Positions 1 to 9,180 of a DNA stretch of 64,000 nucleotides are shown here, one piece after another (the first letter of the stretch is position 1; every line of letters begins with the position of its first letter). A model generated the notes under the pieces. That model was not told where the DNA came from, ran no database searches, and saw nothing but the letters and a program-made list of their open reading frames with translations. Both the position numbers and the translations under genes were made by a program. The DNA comes from Schleiferiaceae bacterium. Lineage in GTDB: Bacteria > Bacteroidota > Bacteroidia > Flavobacteriales > Schleiferiaceae. The DNA is taken from assembly GCA_965204625.1 (NCBI GenBank), contig CBDBET010000005.1, positions 112,385 to 176,384 of the forward strand. Direction: 5' to 3'.

Positions 1-1084
1 GTGGTTTGGATACTACAATGTTGCCAACAATGGTTATGGGGGCCAGACCTACCGTTACCCAGTTATTCGCGAAAATGCAGATTTGCGATGGGAGACGTCG
101 ACCACCTACGACATCGGTTTGGAGTATGGATTATTCAACGACCGTGTAACCGGAGAATTAGCTTGGTACCACAAAGAAACCAACGACATGTTACTTAACG
201 TAACTCTGCAGGGCTCAACAGGATTTGGCTCTTGGTGGGATAACGTAGGTAGTGTGTACAATACTGGTGTTGAATTTGCGATAAAGTCGCGTAACATCGT
301 AACGGATAACTTTACGTGGACCACAGATTTTAATATTGCACGCAATACGAATCAGATTACTTCGATCGGGCAGTATTCCCCGGATGCGGTGAGTGGTGGA
401 ACGAATGATACGCGTGTAGTCGTGGGAATGCCCATTGGTACGAATTACCTGGTTCAATTCTCGCACGTAGACCCAACCAACGGTTTGCCGGTGTACCTGA
501 CTAAAGACGGTGAAGAAACCTATACTTGGGATCTTCAAGACCGTGTTGCGGTGGGTAATGTCATGCCGGATGCTATTGGAGGTTTAACCAATACATTCAA
601 CTATAAGAACCTCGAGTTTAGCTTCTTGTGGGTGTTCACCATAGGCGGCGATATCTACGACAGTTCTTCGAAACGTCAGATGGGCGTGGTGACCGATTGG
701 AATATGCGTACCGATCTATTTGACCGCTGGCAGCAGCCGGGAGATGTAGCAACGTATCCAAGATTAAGCCGCGATTACCGTACTTATGGTGCGAATACAG
801 AATGGATCAACACTAATCTATGGCTGCACGACGGAACCTATGCACGTCTTCGTAACGTGAAGTTGAGTTACCGTGTACCTCAGAGTAAACTAAAAAACAT
901 TAAAGGCATGACCGTTAATGTGACAGGAACAAACCTCATCACCTTGACCAACTTTATCGGTTTAGATCCTGAGATCGCTCGTGATTTCGAAAACGCTACC
1001 GATAGAAACATGTCTCCGAACATTACCTACCTCACGCCGCCGCAAGAAAAGACGGTGAACGTAGGTGTAAACATTAACTTTTAA
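1..1084 (+). CDS. SusC/RagA-family TonB-dependent outer-membrane transporter, C-terminal part (5' end upstream of window)
   Basis: Frame is open from base 2 (WFGYYNVANNGYGGQTYRYPVIRENADLRWETSTTYDIGLEYGLF...). It ends ...TVNVGVNINF with the terminal aromatic typical of beta-barrels. A SusD-like gene starts 12 nt downstream. Confidence 0.9.
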   Translation, partial: WFGYYNVANNGYGGQTYRYPVIRENADLRWETSTTYDIGLEYGLFNDRVTGELAWYHKETNDMLLNVTLQGSTGFGSWWDNVGSVYNTGVEFAIKSRNIVTDNFTWTTDFNIARNTNQITSIGQYSPDAVSGGTNDTRVVVGMPIGTNYLVQFSHVDPTNGLPVYLTKDGEETYTWDLQDRVAVGNVMPDAIGGLTNTFNYKNLEFSFLWVFTIGGDIYDSSSKRQMGVVTDWNMRTDLFDRWQQPGDVATYPRLSRDYRTYGANTEWINTNLWLHDGTYARLRNVKLSYRVPQSKLKNIKGMTVNVTGTNLITLTNFIGLDPEIARDFENATDRNMSPNITYLTPPQEKTVNVGVNINF

Positions 1085-1096
1085 TCAGCGCGAATT

Positions 1097-2506
1097 ATGA
1101 AAAATTTGAGAGTATTTATAGCGCTAATCGCCATCGCAGTAGGTAGTTCTTCGTGCGAGCGAATTTTAGATTTCCAGGCGAATAGTAATAATCAAATACC
1201 GGCAGATTCAGCCATTCTGAACATTCAAGATGCGCAAGAGCTATTAGTTAGTGTATATGATGTTGCGGCAAACGCTTTTAACGGCAGCTTTCAGAACATC
1301 CCTGAAGTCATGTCTGATCACATCGCAGATCCATTAGGTCTGAATGGTGAGTATGCCCAGATTTGGCGTTGGACTTCGTCGTTCTTTAATGGATCTTTTG
1401 GTGGCGAATACCGCAACGCATATATCGCGATTTATCGTGCGAATACCTTAATTGAAGAGGTAGCGGATCTTGAGGGTGCTACTGCTGATGCGGTTGCCCG
1501 AATTACAGCGGAAGCAAAGTTTATTCGTGCATTGAGTCATTACCACGTGGTTCGTATTTGGGCATTGCCTTATGGATATACTTCTGATAACAGCCATTTA
1601 GGGATTCCATTAAAGGTGAGCGCGGATCAGACGCCACAGATGCGTGCGACGGTCGCCGATGTATATGCACAGATTGAGCAAGATCTTTTGGATGCAGAGG
1701 CAGACCTACCTTCATCAAACGGAATTTTTGCAAACCAAATGGCAGCGAAAGCACTGTTGGCGAAAGTTTATTTAGAAATGGGCGATTTCGCTAATGCGAA
1801 AGCAAAAGCTGCTGAGGTAATGAACTCAGGAACCTATTCACTGGACCCTGTTTTAACCAATCGTTTTGCGGATCATGCCAATGGCAACCTACCTGCAGAA
1901 TTCATCTTTACTCTGGTAAGTACCAACGAAAGTTCAGCCACGGATACGATCGTAGATGAGCGCGGCATGGGCTTTACATGGAACTACCGTTCCGATGATC
2001 CGAACGCGAATCCAGCGCTTAAAGCAAGTCAAGCATTGTACGTCGAAGCCACGGCGGACACGAACGATTTGCGCGGCCAATTGTGGTATGAGGCTCGCAA
2101 CGAGGGCACGCCGGATGTATTCTATGTAGTGAGCAAATTCGACGGGAGTTTCCTCGATGTGCCTCTATTGCATTTGTCAGATTTGTACCTCATTTATGCC
2201 GAATGTAATGTGCGCTTAAATGGCGATAGTGATGGAACCGGATTGGCAAAAATCAATGCATTGCGTCAACGCGCGGGCTTGACAGATTTAACCAATCTTA
2301 CACTCACTGATGTTATGTCGGAGCGACGTTTGGAATTGGCCTTTGAAGGTGATCGATTGTTCCAACTTAAGCGCCAAGGTGTATTGGGAGAAATCCAAAC
2401 CATTCGTGGTGTGGATTGGGATTGTCCAGGTATGGTACTGCAATTCCCTAATTTTGAAGGGACAGCGCAAGGATTTGTTTATAATGAAGAAGGAGGCTGC
2501 AACTAA
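1097..2506 (+). CDS. SusD/RagB-family nutrient-binding outer-membrane lipoprotein
   Basis: 469-aa ORF with a lipoprotein signal (AVGSSSC). TPR-like helices (AKALLAKVYLEMGDFANAKAKA) and a conserved C-terminal SusD region (ERRLELAFEGDRLFQLKRQG). Sits directly after SusC. Confidence 0.9.
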   Translation: MKNLRVFIALIAIAVGSSSCERILDFQANSNNQIPADSAILNIQDAQELLVSVYDVAANAFNGSFQNIPEVMSDHIADPLGLNGEYAQIWRWTSSFFNGSFGGEYRNAYIAIYRANTLIEEVADLEGATADAVARITAEAKFIRALSHYHVVRIWALPYGYTSDNSHLGIPLKVSADQTPQMRATVADVYAQIEQDLLDAEADLPSSNGIFANQMAAKALLAKVYLEMGDFANAKAKAAEVMNSGTYSLDPVLTNRFADHANGNLPAEFIFTLVSTNESSATDTIVDERGMGFTWNYRSDDPNANPALKASQALYVEATADTNDLRGQLWYEARNEGTPDVFYVVSKFDGSFLDVPLLHLSDLYLIYAECNVRLNGDSDGTGLAKINALRQRAGLTDLTNLTLTDVMSERRLELAFEGDRLFQLKRQGVLGEIQTIRGVDWDCPGMVLQFPNFEGTAQGFVYNEEGGCN

Positions 2507-2518
2507 GCAGGAAAGTAT

Positions 2519-2992
2519 ATGAAAGCAAGAATTATAACTATAGCGGCGACTGCATTTTTAGCCCTAGGTGCATGTAAGCCTGAAGTAGGTCCAATCGGAC
2601 CAAGCTATGAGGCAGGTGCAGGTATTCTCGGAACTTGGGAACTCACAATGGTCGAGCAGACGGATGTAACACTTCCAGTACCCGAAACGCGTGATGTCAG
2701 TGATTTATACGTCGACGCTCAAAATAAATGGGTGGTCGCTTTTAGTAGCGACAGTACCTATTCTGTGAACCAGCAAGGTCCAGGTTTTGATGTGTTTGGT
2801 GCCGGGGGAACTTGGCGTTACAATACGCCGGAATATCCATCCGAACTTCATTTGGCACAGGATTCATCAGTTGTGATTCTACCTTTAGGCAATATGCCAA
2901 GGAGTATTGATCAGAATGTAAGCTTCATCTATGCTCGCGAACGTTGTGACAAGCCGAGTGTCTCTTACCAATTAACGTTTACTCGTAAATAA
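2519..2992 (+). CDS. small PUL-associated lipoprotein, lipocalin-like (function unknown)
   Basis: 157-aa ORF with lipobox LALGAC and a GTWEL motif common in lipocalin-like PUL lipoproteins. Starts 12 nt after the SusD stop. Confidence 0.6.
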   Translation: MKARIITIAATAFLALGACKPEVGPIGPSYEAGAGILGTWELTMVEQTDVTLPVPETRDVSDLYVDAQNKWVVAFSSDSTYSVNQQGPGFDVFGAGGTWRYNTPEYPSELHLAQDSSVVILPLGNMPRSIDQNVSFIYARERCDKPSVSYQLTFTRK

Positions 2993-3001
2993 GCCCTCAT
3001 T

Positions 3002-3856
3002 ATGAAAAGAATAAACACACTTTTACTCTTGACTTTGGGCCTTTCAGGAAGTGCCCAAATCACCACGGTTCCAGATGAAAATATAGACCCAGCGGATTCG
3101 TTAGAGATCATCTTTGATCCGGCGGCTCTAGATTTGGCTGTAGGTCATCAAGATTTGTTGAAGCAGGCAGTCGATGCAGGCGAAGACATGTACATATGGA
3201 CATGGAAGCCAGCTACACATCCGGATGGTCATCCTTTTGTCAATGGCACGGGGTCTGCACCTTGGAAGAATTCAAACGAAGCCATGAAAATGACGAAGAA
3301 TGCCGACGGGACGTTCTCTTGGAAAATTGTTCCTACCCTTTTCTACGAGGTGGATGCGACAACCGTGTATGCAGAGGACATTCACTTTTTAGTAAAAGCT
3401 AAAGACGGCGGAGGTTATGGCGACCCTGATGTTAAAACAGACGATCAAAGTATAGCTATCGACCCACCGGCTACAGAGCGCAATCCATTCTATCATTTTC
3501 CAACGAAGGTTATGGCAGATGATGTGCTGACCTTGCGTTACGAAAATTGGCGTGAACAGAAGTCGAGCATGCAAAATTTGGCTTCAGACGATTGTTACAT
3601 GTACGCTAAAGTCACTTATACAGACGGAACTTTTGATCAAATTGAGAATACCTTCAACGTAGGAAGTAATCCAAATTTACAGATGGATTATTTAGACGAT
3701 GGAAATTTCCAATTGCGTCTTATTCCCGAGGAATTCTTTAATGTTCCTGCGACCAAGACCATTGATTATTTGGAGTTTATTGCCATGAAAAAGGTGTTCG
3801 CTACAGGTGCGGATCGCGTAACAGAGGCTGTAAATGTCCAAATCGAATGTCAGTAA
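3002..3856 (+). CDS. secreted PUL-associated hypothetical protein
   Basis: 284-aa ORF with a type-I signal peptide (LLLLTLGLSGSAQ). Trp/aromatic-rich, possibly glycan-binding. No family recognised. Followed by a terminator hairpin. Confidence 0.55.
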   Translation: MKRINTLLLLTLGLSGSAQITTVPDENIDPADSLEIIFDPAALDLAVGHQDLLKQAVDAGEDMYIWTWKPATHPDGHPFVNGTGSAPWKNSNEAMKMTKNADGTFSWKIVPTLFYEVDATTVYAEDIHFLVKAKDGGGYGDPDVKTDDQSIAIDPPATERNPFYHFPTKVMADDVLTLRYENWREQKSSMQNLASDDCYMYAKVTYTDGTFDQIENTFNVGSNPNLQMDYLDDGNFQLRLIPEEFFNVPATKTIDYLEFIAMKKVFATGADRVTEAVNVQIECQ

Positions 3857-3880
3857 AATCGTAATGCATTAACTCTTAAA

Positions 3881-3904
3881 ACCCGGCCTTGGTCGGGTTT
3901 TTTC
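3881..3904 (+). terminator. intrinsic terminator after the PUL structural genes
   Basis: ACCCGGC-CTTG-GTCGGGT hairpin (one G-U pair) followed by TTTTTTC, 25 nt after the stop at 3856. Confidence 0.6.
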
Positions 3905-3932
3905 TCTTTAGTCGACTAATACATTGAAACGT

Positions 3933-5318
3933 ATGCAACAGAAACCTAAACTCAGTTTTTGGCAGATTTGGAACATGAGCTTTGGCTTTTTGGGGATCCA
4001 ATTCGGTTATGCCCTACAAGGCGGTTTTATGAGTCGAATCTTTGAAACCCTAGGTGCCGATGAGCACAGTCTTCCACTACTGTGGATAGCCGCACCACTC
4101 ACAGGTTTGATCGTACAGCCTATTATTGGGCAAATGAGCGACAATACTTGGCACCCGCGCTTTGGCCGTCGCCGTCCGTATTTTTTGATTGGCGCTATCC
4201 TGGCTTCTATAACCTTACTGTTTGTACCCCACAGTTCTGCATTGTGGATCGCTGCAGGTGGGCTTTGGATTTTAGATGCGACCATGAATATATCTATGGA
4301 GCCTTTCCGCGCCTTGGTGGCGGATAAGTTACCGGACAGTCAGCGTAGTTTTGGTTTCGTAGTGCAAACCCTGATTATCGGGGTGAGCACATGGGTGGCT
4401 TCAAACCTACCTCTATTGGTCAGTTCCTTAGGCGTGAGTAATGAGGCTGAGCCAGGGGTTGTTCCCATGTCTGTGAAGGTAGCCTTCGGCATTGGCGCTG
4501 TGATTTTTTTACTTGCCATCCTTTATACGGTATTCACCACGGATGAGTATCCTCCTGAAGATTTGGAAGCGTTTCGCTCAGAGCAGAAAGAAAATTCTGG
4601 GCTGATAAAGACCCTGCGCGAAGTAGGTAAAAACATTGGGAATATGCCTTTAACTATGAAGAAATTGGGCGTGGTCCAATTCTTTTCTTGGTTCGCATTT
4701 TTCTGTATGTGGTCTATGGCGAATCCAGCATTGACAGACCACGTGTATGGCGCTGCGAAGCCTGAGGCTATTGAATATGCGGTGTCTACGGCAGCGCAGA
4801 TAGAAGCCTATCAATTGGAAGATAGAGCATTCAACGACGCTTCCAATCAAGTGGGCTCGTATATGGGGAATTATGGTTTGAGTTCTATGTTGTTTGCCTT
4901 GCTTTTAACGCTGTGGACAGCGAAGCGTCGTATCAATCGTAAGCTCGTTCACATGTTCAGTCTTTTCGCTGGTGCGTATGGCTTTATAAGCATGTACTTC
5001 TTAACAGAACCGTCAATGTTAACGTTGTCATTTGTCTGTATTGGCTTTTCTTGGGGATCTATACTTTCCATGCCCTACGCCATGTTGAGCTCAACCTTAG
5101 ACCCAAATAAAATGGGAGTTTACATGGGGATCTTCAATATGTTTATTGTTATTCCACAGATTGTAGCGGCGACTTCTTTGACGGTTATTTATAAGAGTTT
5201 GTTTGGAGCTGAGCCGATTAACGCAATGTTGCTTGCAGGCACATCTCTTGTAATTGCCGGCTTAGCAAATTTTTTGATTACAAACAAGCATGCAGTGACC
5301 TACACTCCGGCAGAGTAA
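3933..5318 (+). CDS. GPH/SLC45-type (sucrose/maltose-like) sugar:cation symporter, MFS superfamily
   Basis: About 12 TM segments. The N-terminal signature [35 protein letters not shown] is typical of the sucrose/H+ symporter-like family. The ORF track starts at TTG 3924; ATG 3933 is preferred. Confidence 0.85.
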   Translation: MQQKPKLSFWQIWNMSFGFLGIQFGYALQGGFMSRIFETLGADEHSLPLLWIAAPLTGLIVQPIIGQMSDNTWHPRFGRRRPYFLIGAILASITLLFVPHSSALWIAAGGLWILDATMNISMEPFRALVADKLPDSQRSFGFVVQTLIIGVSTWVASNLPLLVSSLGVSNEAEPGVVPMSVKVAFGIGAVIFLLAILYTVFTTDEYPPEDLEAFRSEQKENSGLIKTLREVGKNIGNMPLTMKKLGVVQFFSWFAFFCMWSMANPALTDHVYGAAKPEAIEYAVSTAAQIEAYQLEDRAFNDASNQVGSYMGNYGLSSMLFALLLTLWTAKRRINRKLVHMFSLFAGAYGFISMYFLTEPSMLTLSFVCIGFSWGSILSMPYAMLSSTLDPNKMGVYMGIFNMFIVIPQIVAATSLTVIYKSLFGAEPINAMLLAGTSLVIAGLANFLITNKHAVTYTPAE

Positions 5319-5360
5319 GCAGAGCGTTATATCCCTGGTCATTGAAATTAATTGCAAAGA

Positions 5361-5390
5361 AAAAGGCCTCGAATTCGAGGCCTTTTTTAT
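5361..5390. terminator. bidirectional intrinsic terminator between convergent transporter and AraC genes
   Basis: AAAA-GGCCTCGAATTCGAGGCC-TTTTTT: a perfect 7-bp-stem palindromic hairpin (AATT tetraloop), flanked by an A-run and a T-run. Confidence 0.85.
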
Positions 5391-5393
5391 GAA

Positions 5394-6263
5394 TTATATT
5401 TTTTTCTTTTTCCTGAATTCTCGAGGTGAGCAGCCTTTTATTTTAAGGAAAGCGCGATTGAACGAAGAGCTGGAGTTGAAACCGCTCTCTGCAGCGACCT
5501 CTGTCATTGCTTTGTTTGTGTTGATGAGAAGGTTGCTGGCGACCGTTGTACGCAGTTGCATGAGGTAGTCTACGAATGTTAGGCCTGAAGTTTGGCGGAA
5601 CCAGCGACTGAAGCTTTGTTCGGTCATGCTGGCGATATCGGAGATTTCACTTAGGGTGATAGTGTTTTGGTAGTGATCTTGGATGTATTTCGAGACGCGT
5701 TCCATTCGTAGACTGAGCTTTTGGCTCATAACATTAGAGTAGGCGTTGTTGGTGGAGACGGTGAGGAAATCTGGCCGTTCGGCGATCATAGCCATTAGGT
5801 TGAAAAATGCTCCGATGCTGCGGAGGGGGTCTTTGCCAACGATAGTGGTAAAAGCTTCGTGTTCGTCGGAGTTGAATTGGCCCAAATTAATGCCATAGCT
5901 CATGGCGCGGAACAGGCGCTGAAGAGAGGCGCTTTCCTTAAAGCTGTTAAGCCACTCCTGTGTGAACTGGAGTCCCCAGCATTCCTTTTCCATTTGAACC
6001 TCTTCTTCCTCCGTACTGACAAAATTATGCGGTAGATAAGGGCCCAGGAGGAACGCTTGCCCCGGTTCAAACTCTATTGTTTTATTTCCGATGAAGGCAA
6101 GGCCTTTGCCTTTGACTATGTAGGTGATTTCGATTTCTGGGTGGTAATGCCAATAATCGGTAAAAATGGACGGAAAATTTTGCCCGGCCTTTTGCGCCAA
6201 GACATAGCTGTTGTAGCTACGGTCCTGTTCGGCAATGCGGATATTTTCAATAGTGGCTTTCAC
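5394..6263 (-). CDS. AraC-family transcriptional regulator (N-terminal cupin + C-terminal HTH)
   Basis: 289 aa. Cupin-like HYHPEIEITYIVKG, and an AraC HTH region (ITLSEISDIASMTEQSFSRWFRQTSGLTFVDYL...SSSSFNRAFLKIKGCSPREFR). Confidence 0.9.
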   Translation of the reverse strand: MKATIENIRIAEQDRSYNSYVLAQKAGQNFPSIFTDYWHYHPEIEITYIVKGKGLAFIGNKTIEFEPGQAFLLGPYLPHNFVSTEEEEVQMEKECWGLQFTQEWLNSFKESASLQRLFRAMSYGINLGQFNSDEHEAFTTIVGKDPLRSIGAFFNLMAMIAERPDFLTVSTNNAYSNVMSQKLSLRMERVSKYIQDHYQNTITLSEISDIASMTEQSFSRWFRQTSGLTFVDYLMQLRTTVASNLLINTNKAMTEVAAESGFNSSSSFNRAFLKIKGCSPREFRKKKKI

Positions 6264-6399
6264 TCTTATCGTTATCGTTTAACCAAGTGTTCTTTCATAA
6301 AGCGGGTTATTACGGCGATACATTAGTAAGCAGCTATTGAGCTTAGAAAGTTGTACGACGAATAACGCATTTCTTGACCGTAAGATACCAAAAAAATGC

Positions 6400-6420
6400 A
6401 TAATTAGGGTATAATTAGGG
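6400..6420. repeat. perfect 10-bp direct repeat with 11-bp period (ATAATTAGGG-T-ATAATTAGGG) in the divergent AraC / CBM-gene intergenic region
   Basis: Read directly at 6400-6409 and 6411-6420. Confidence 0.9.
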
Positions 6421-6539
6421 AGATACGGTCTTCTCTGTTTTGTGCTCACTAAATAGAATTCAATGCGAAATCATGGTTTGTTGTATTAATCTGCAATAAT
6501 GTGGTTAAAAAACGGCTAAACACCAGTATTTGTTTGGCT

Positions 6540-6547
6540 TAACTTTG
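6540..6547 (+). promoter_or_regulatory. candidate -7 box (TAnnTTTG) for the CBM-repeat gene
   Basis: TAACTTTG, 40 nt upstream of ATG 6588. Confidence 0.35.
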
Positions 6548-6587
6548 AAGAGTACGAAGTACATTTAATAATCAATCTATCATAATT

Positions 6588-8210
6588 ATGAAAAAATTCT
6601 ACGCTTTAGCAGCCGTACTCTTTTTGGGTGTAACTGCATTTGCTCAAACGCACAGCGTTACTTTCCAAGTAGATTTAGGATCTGCTTCTGCGAATTCGAA
6701 CGGTGTACATGTAGCAGGATCTTTCCAGAGCTGGTCGCCGTCAACGACCGGTTTAACGCAAGTCGGTACGTCTTCAATTTATTCCACTACAGTGAGTGTG
6801 TCAGCCGGTCAATTGGAATATAAATTCCTTAACGGTAATGCATGGGGAGACGATGAAAGTGTGCCTTCTTCAGTAAACGTTGGAACGAACGGAAATGGTA
6901 ATCGTTGGGCTGTAATCTCTTCAGACACGACACTTCCTGCGGTTATGTTCGCTGGTGCCGCACCAGCTGGACAGAAAGCTATTCAATTTAAAGTGGATTA
7001 TGCTTTACAAACGATAAGCGCGGACTCTGCACACGTTGCTGGTAACTTTCAAGGTTGGGACCCGGCCAAAAGTCAGATGGTAAACTTTGATGGTGTATAT
7101 CGTTACATTGCTTATGTCGGCAAAACGGATTCTACCTATTTTAAGTTTCTAAACGGAAATACTTGGAGTGATGTTGAGTCTGTACCTTCTACATGTCAAG
7201 CATCAACAGCAGGTATTAATCAAGGTGATAACCGTTTCTACACGGATACAGTTAGCGGTATTTACGAGGTGTGTTACAATATGTGTGGCCCTTGTATGGT
7301 CGTGTCTACCTATGACATTACGGTAAATGTTGATGTAAGCTCTATCGCCGCTTGTGGTACTGTGGACTCTGTTACACTTGCAGGCCCTATCAATGGCTGG
7401 GGTGGCGAATTGATGACGGATCCAGACGGTGACGGTGTTTATTCGATCTCTTATACCGATGTAGATTCAGGCGACTTCCAGTTCAAGGCACGTTTCCATG
7501 AAAACGGCAATACCAACTGGGAAGGCGGTGGTAACAAAATCGTTACTGTGAGCTCTGATTCTACAGTTGCAACCCGTTGTTTCGGTAACGATACGTATGG
7601 TCCGTGTGCGGCTGTTCCAGCCACAGCGGATGTTACATTCATCGTGGACTTTACACAAGCAGCATTTACTCCTGCAGATACCATTTATTTGATGGGTGCC
7701 TTCACTCAGTGGGATGCAAATGCCGTTCCTATGGTTCCTCATTCTGTTGCAGGTCAGTACATTGCTACGGAAGCAAACTTCTGTCCAGGTACAATGGAAT
7801 ACCGTTTCTCAAATGGTGACCCAAGCAATAGTTCAAACCACGAGCCGGTTCCTATGAATTGTGGTGTTGATAATGGTGTGGGTGGATACAACCGTTTCTT
7901 CGCGCGTTCAGGTAGCGCAGATACTGTTCAGCACATCTTTGGTCAGTGTTCATTCATCTCTGTTGAAGAAGATGCACTTTCAGGCGTCAGTCTTCGTCCT
8001 AACCCAATGAATGAAAGCGCAACCATCGCATTAGGCGCAGGACGCTATTCAGTTCGTGTATTCGATATCACTGGTCGTGTGGTTGCAGGTTTCGATAACG
8101 TACAAGGTAATATCACTTTGGAGCGCAATAATATGGTGAGTGGTATGTATTATGTGAACATCGCTAACGCCAACGGCGCAACTAAAACACTTAAGGTAAT
8201 TGTTGAATAA
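6588..8210 (+). CDS. T9SS-secreted protein with four tandem CBM20/CBM48-like (starch/glycogen-binding-like) modules and no catalytic domain
   Basis: Signal peptide, then four repeats of about 100-110 aa sharing VxFxVD...GxF/IxxW...YKF/YRF (e.g. HSVTFQVDLG..GSFQSWSP..LEYKFLNGNAWGDDE). C-terminal type-A T9SS sorting domain (LRPNPMNESATI...SGMYYVNIANANGATKTLKVIVE). Confidence 0.8.
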   Translation: MKKFYALAAVLFLGVTAFAQTHSVTFQVDLGSASANSNGVHVAGSFQSWSPSTTGLTQVGTSSIYSTTVSVSAGQLEYKFLNGNAWGDDESVPSSVNVGTNGNGNRWAVISSDTTLPAVMFAGAAPAGQKAIQFKVDYALQTISADSAHVAGNFQGWDPAKSQMVNFDGVYRYIAYVGKTDSTYFKFLNGNTWSDVESVPSTCQASTAGINQGDNRFYTDTVSGIYEVCYNMCGPCMVVSTYDITVNVDVSSIAACGTVDSVTLAGPINGWGGELMTDPDGDGVYSISYTDVDSGDFQFKARFHENGNTNWEGGGNKIVTVSSDSTVATRCFGNDTYGPCAAVPATADVTFIVDFTQAAFTPADTIYLMGAFTQWDANAVPMVPHSVAGQYIATEANFCPGTMEYRFSNGDPSNSSNHEPVPMNCGVDNGVGGYNRFFARSGSADTVQHIFGQCSFISVEEDALSGVSLRPNPMNESATIALGAGRYSVRVFDITGRVVAGFDNVQGNITLERNNMVSGMYYVNIANANGATKTLKVIVE

Positions 8211-8236
8211 ACGATACCGTTTTACTTAAAGAAGAG

Positions 8237-8270
8237 ATCCCCCGGGCGCATCGCGTCCGGGGGATTTTTT
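8237..8270 (+). terminator. intrinsic terminator after the CBM-repeat T9SS gene
   Basis: ATCCCCCGGGCGC-ATC-GCGTCCGGGGGAT, a 13-bp stem, followed by TTTTT(T). Confidence 0.85.
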
Positions 8271-8283
8271 ATGCCTTTATCCC

Positions 8284-8316
8284 AAAAAAAAGCGCGCCCA
8301 TCGGGCGCGCTTTTTT
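8284..8316. terminator. bidirectional intrinsic terminator (serves the minus-strand LuxR-type RR gene)
   Basis: AAAAAAA-AGCGCGCCC-ATC-GGGCGCGCT-TTTTT, located 20 nt from the stop at 8336. Confidence 0.85.
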
Positions 8317-8335
8317 ATTGTAGCTCAGGAGAAGC

Positions 8336-9016
8336 TTAGTGAAGCAATCCGTTTTCTACTGCGAAGCGCACTAGACCGGCGGTGTTGTTCATTCCTAATT
8401 TATTTAAAATGTTTTGTCGATGGTTGTCGATGGTACGTTTGGATAAGAAGAGTTTTTTAGAAATTTCTTCGTTGGTCAATTGATCCGCGATGTATTTGAG
8501 AATTTCTATCTCTCTTTTGCTCAATCGTGCAACTGCCGGGTTATTACTGTGAAATTCAGCGAATGTCTTGCCTAAAATTCTACGCTCAATGAGCGAATTG
8601 GCAATATCGAGCGCATAATACAGACGTCCTTCGAGAATGGCAGTAATGGCTTTTATCAGCTCACCGGTATCGACACTCTTTTTAATAAACCCCTTGGCTC
8701 CAGCTTTCAGCATATGCTCTACGACGTTCATGTCGTCCGATTCTGAAAACCCTAAGACTGACTGTTCGGTCGATAAGCGCAATAATGATTTCGTGAGTTC
8801 AGCACCGGAATGCTTTCCCAGTTGTGAATCTGTGATGATTAAATGAAAAGCAAATTGGTCGGCTAGTTTTAAGGCGTCTAGAATGTCTCCGGCCTCCTTA
8901 ACTTGGAACGAATACGACTCAAACTTGCCCATTTCCAGCATGGTTTTAATGCCTCCTCGTACGATAGGGTGATCATCCACTACGAGAATTCTAATGGTTT
9001 TGTTCATAATTGACAT
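8336..9016 (-). CDS. NarL/FixJ (LuxR-type HTH) response regulator, orphan
   Basis: Receiver domain (IRILVVDDHPIVRGG...LIITDSQLG) plus a LuxR HTH (LSKREIEILKYIADQLTNEEISKKLFLSKRTIDNHRQNILNKLG). No adjacent kinase. Confidence 0.9.
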   Translation of the reverse strand: MSIMNKTIRILVVDDHPIVRGGIKTMLEMGKFESYSFQVKEAGDILDALKLADQFAFHLIITDSQLGKHSGAELTKSLLRLSTEQSVLGFSESDDMNVVEHMLKAGAKGFIKKSVDTGELIKAITAILEGRLYYALDIANSLIERRILGKTFAEFHSNNPAVARLSKREIEILKYIADQLTNEEISKKLFLSKRTIDNHRQNILNKLGMNNTAGLVRFAVENGLLH

Positions 9017-9149
9017 GTAAGCGAACGCCTAATTTAGTGAAAATACTTAAAGTGAGTCGATTGAGAGCGTATTAATCACTCAAAATTGAAAAATTGTGAG
9101 TATTTAGGCTTGTGGTTATTCACAGTACGCTGTCAATAAAATAAATGTC

Positions 9150-9157
9150 TATATTTG
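9150..9157 (+). promoter_or_regulatory. Bacteroidota sigma-A -7 box (TAnnTTTG) for rimP-nusA-infB
   Basis: TATATTTG, 61 nt upstream of the rimP ATG. I found no clear -33 TTTG at canonical spacing. Confidence 0.4.
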
Positions 9158-9180
9158 TCAAAACTTTTTGACGTACAAAA

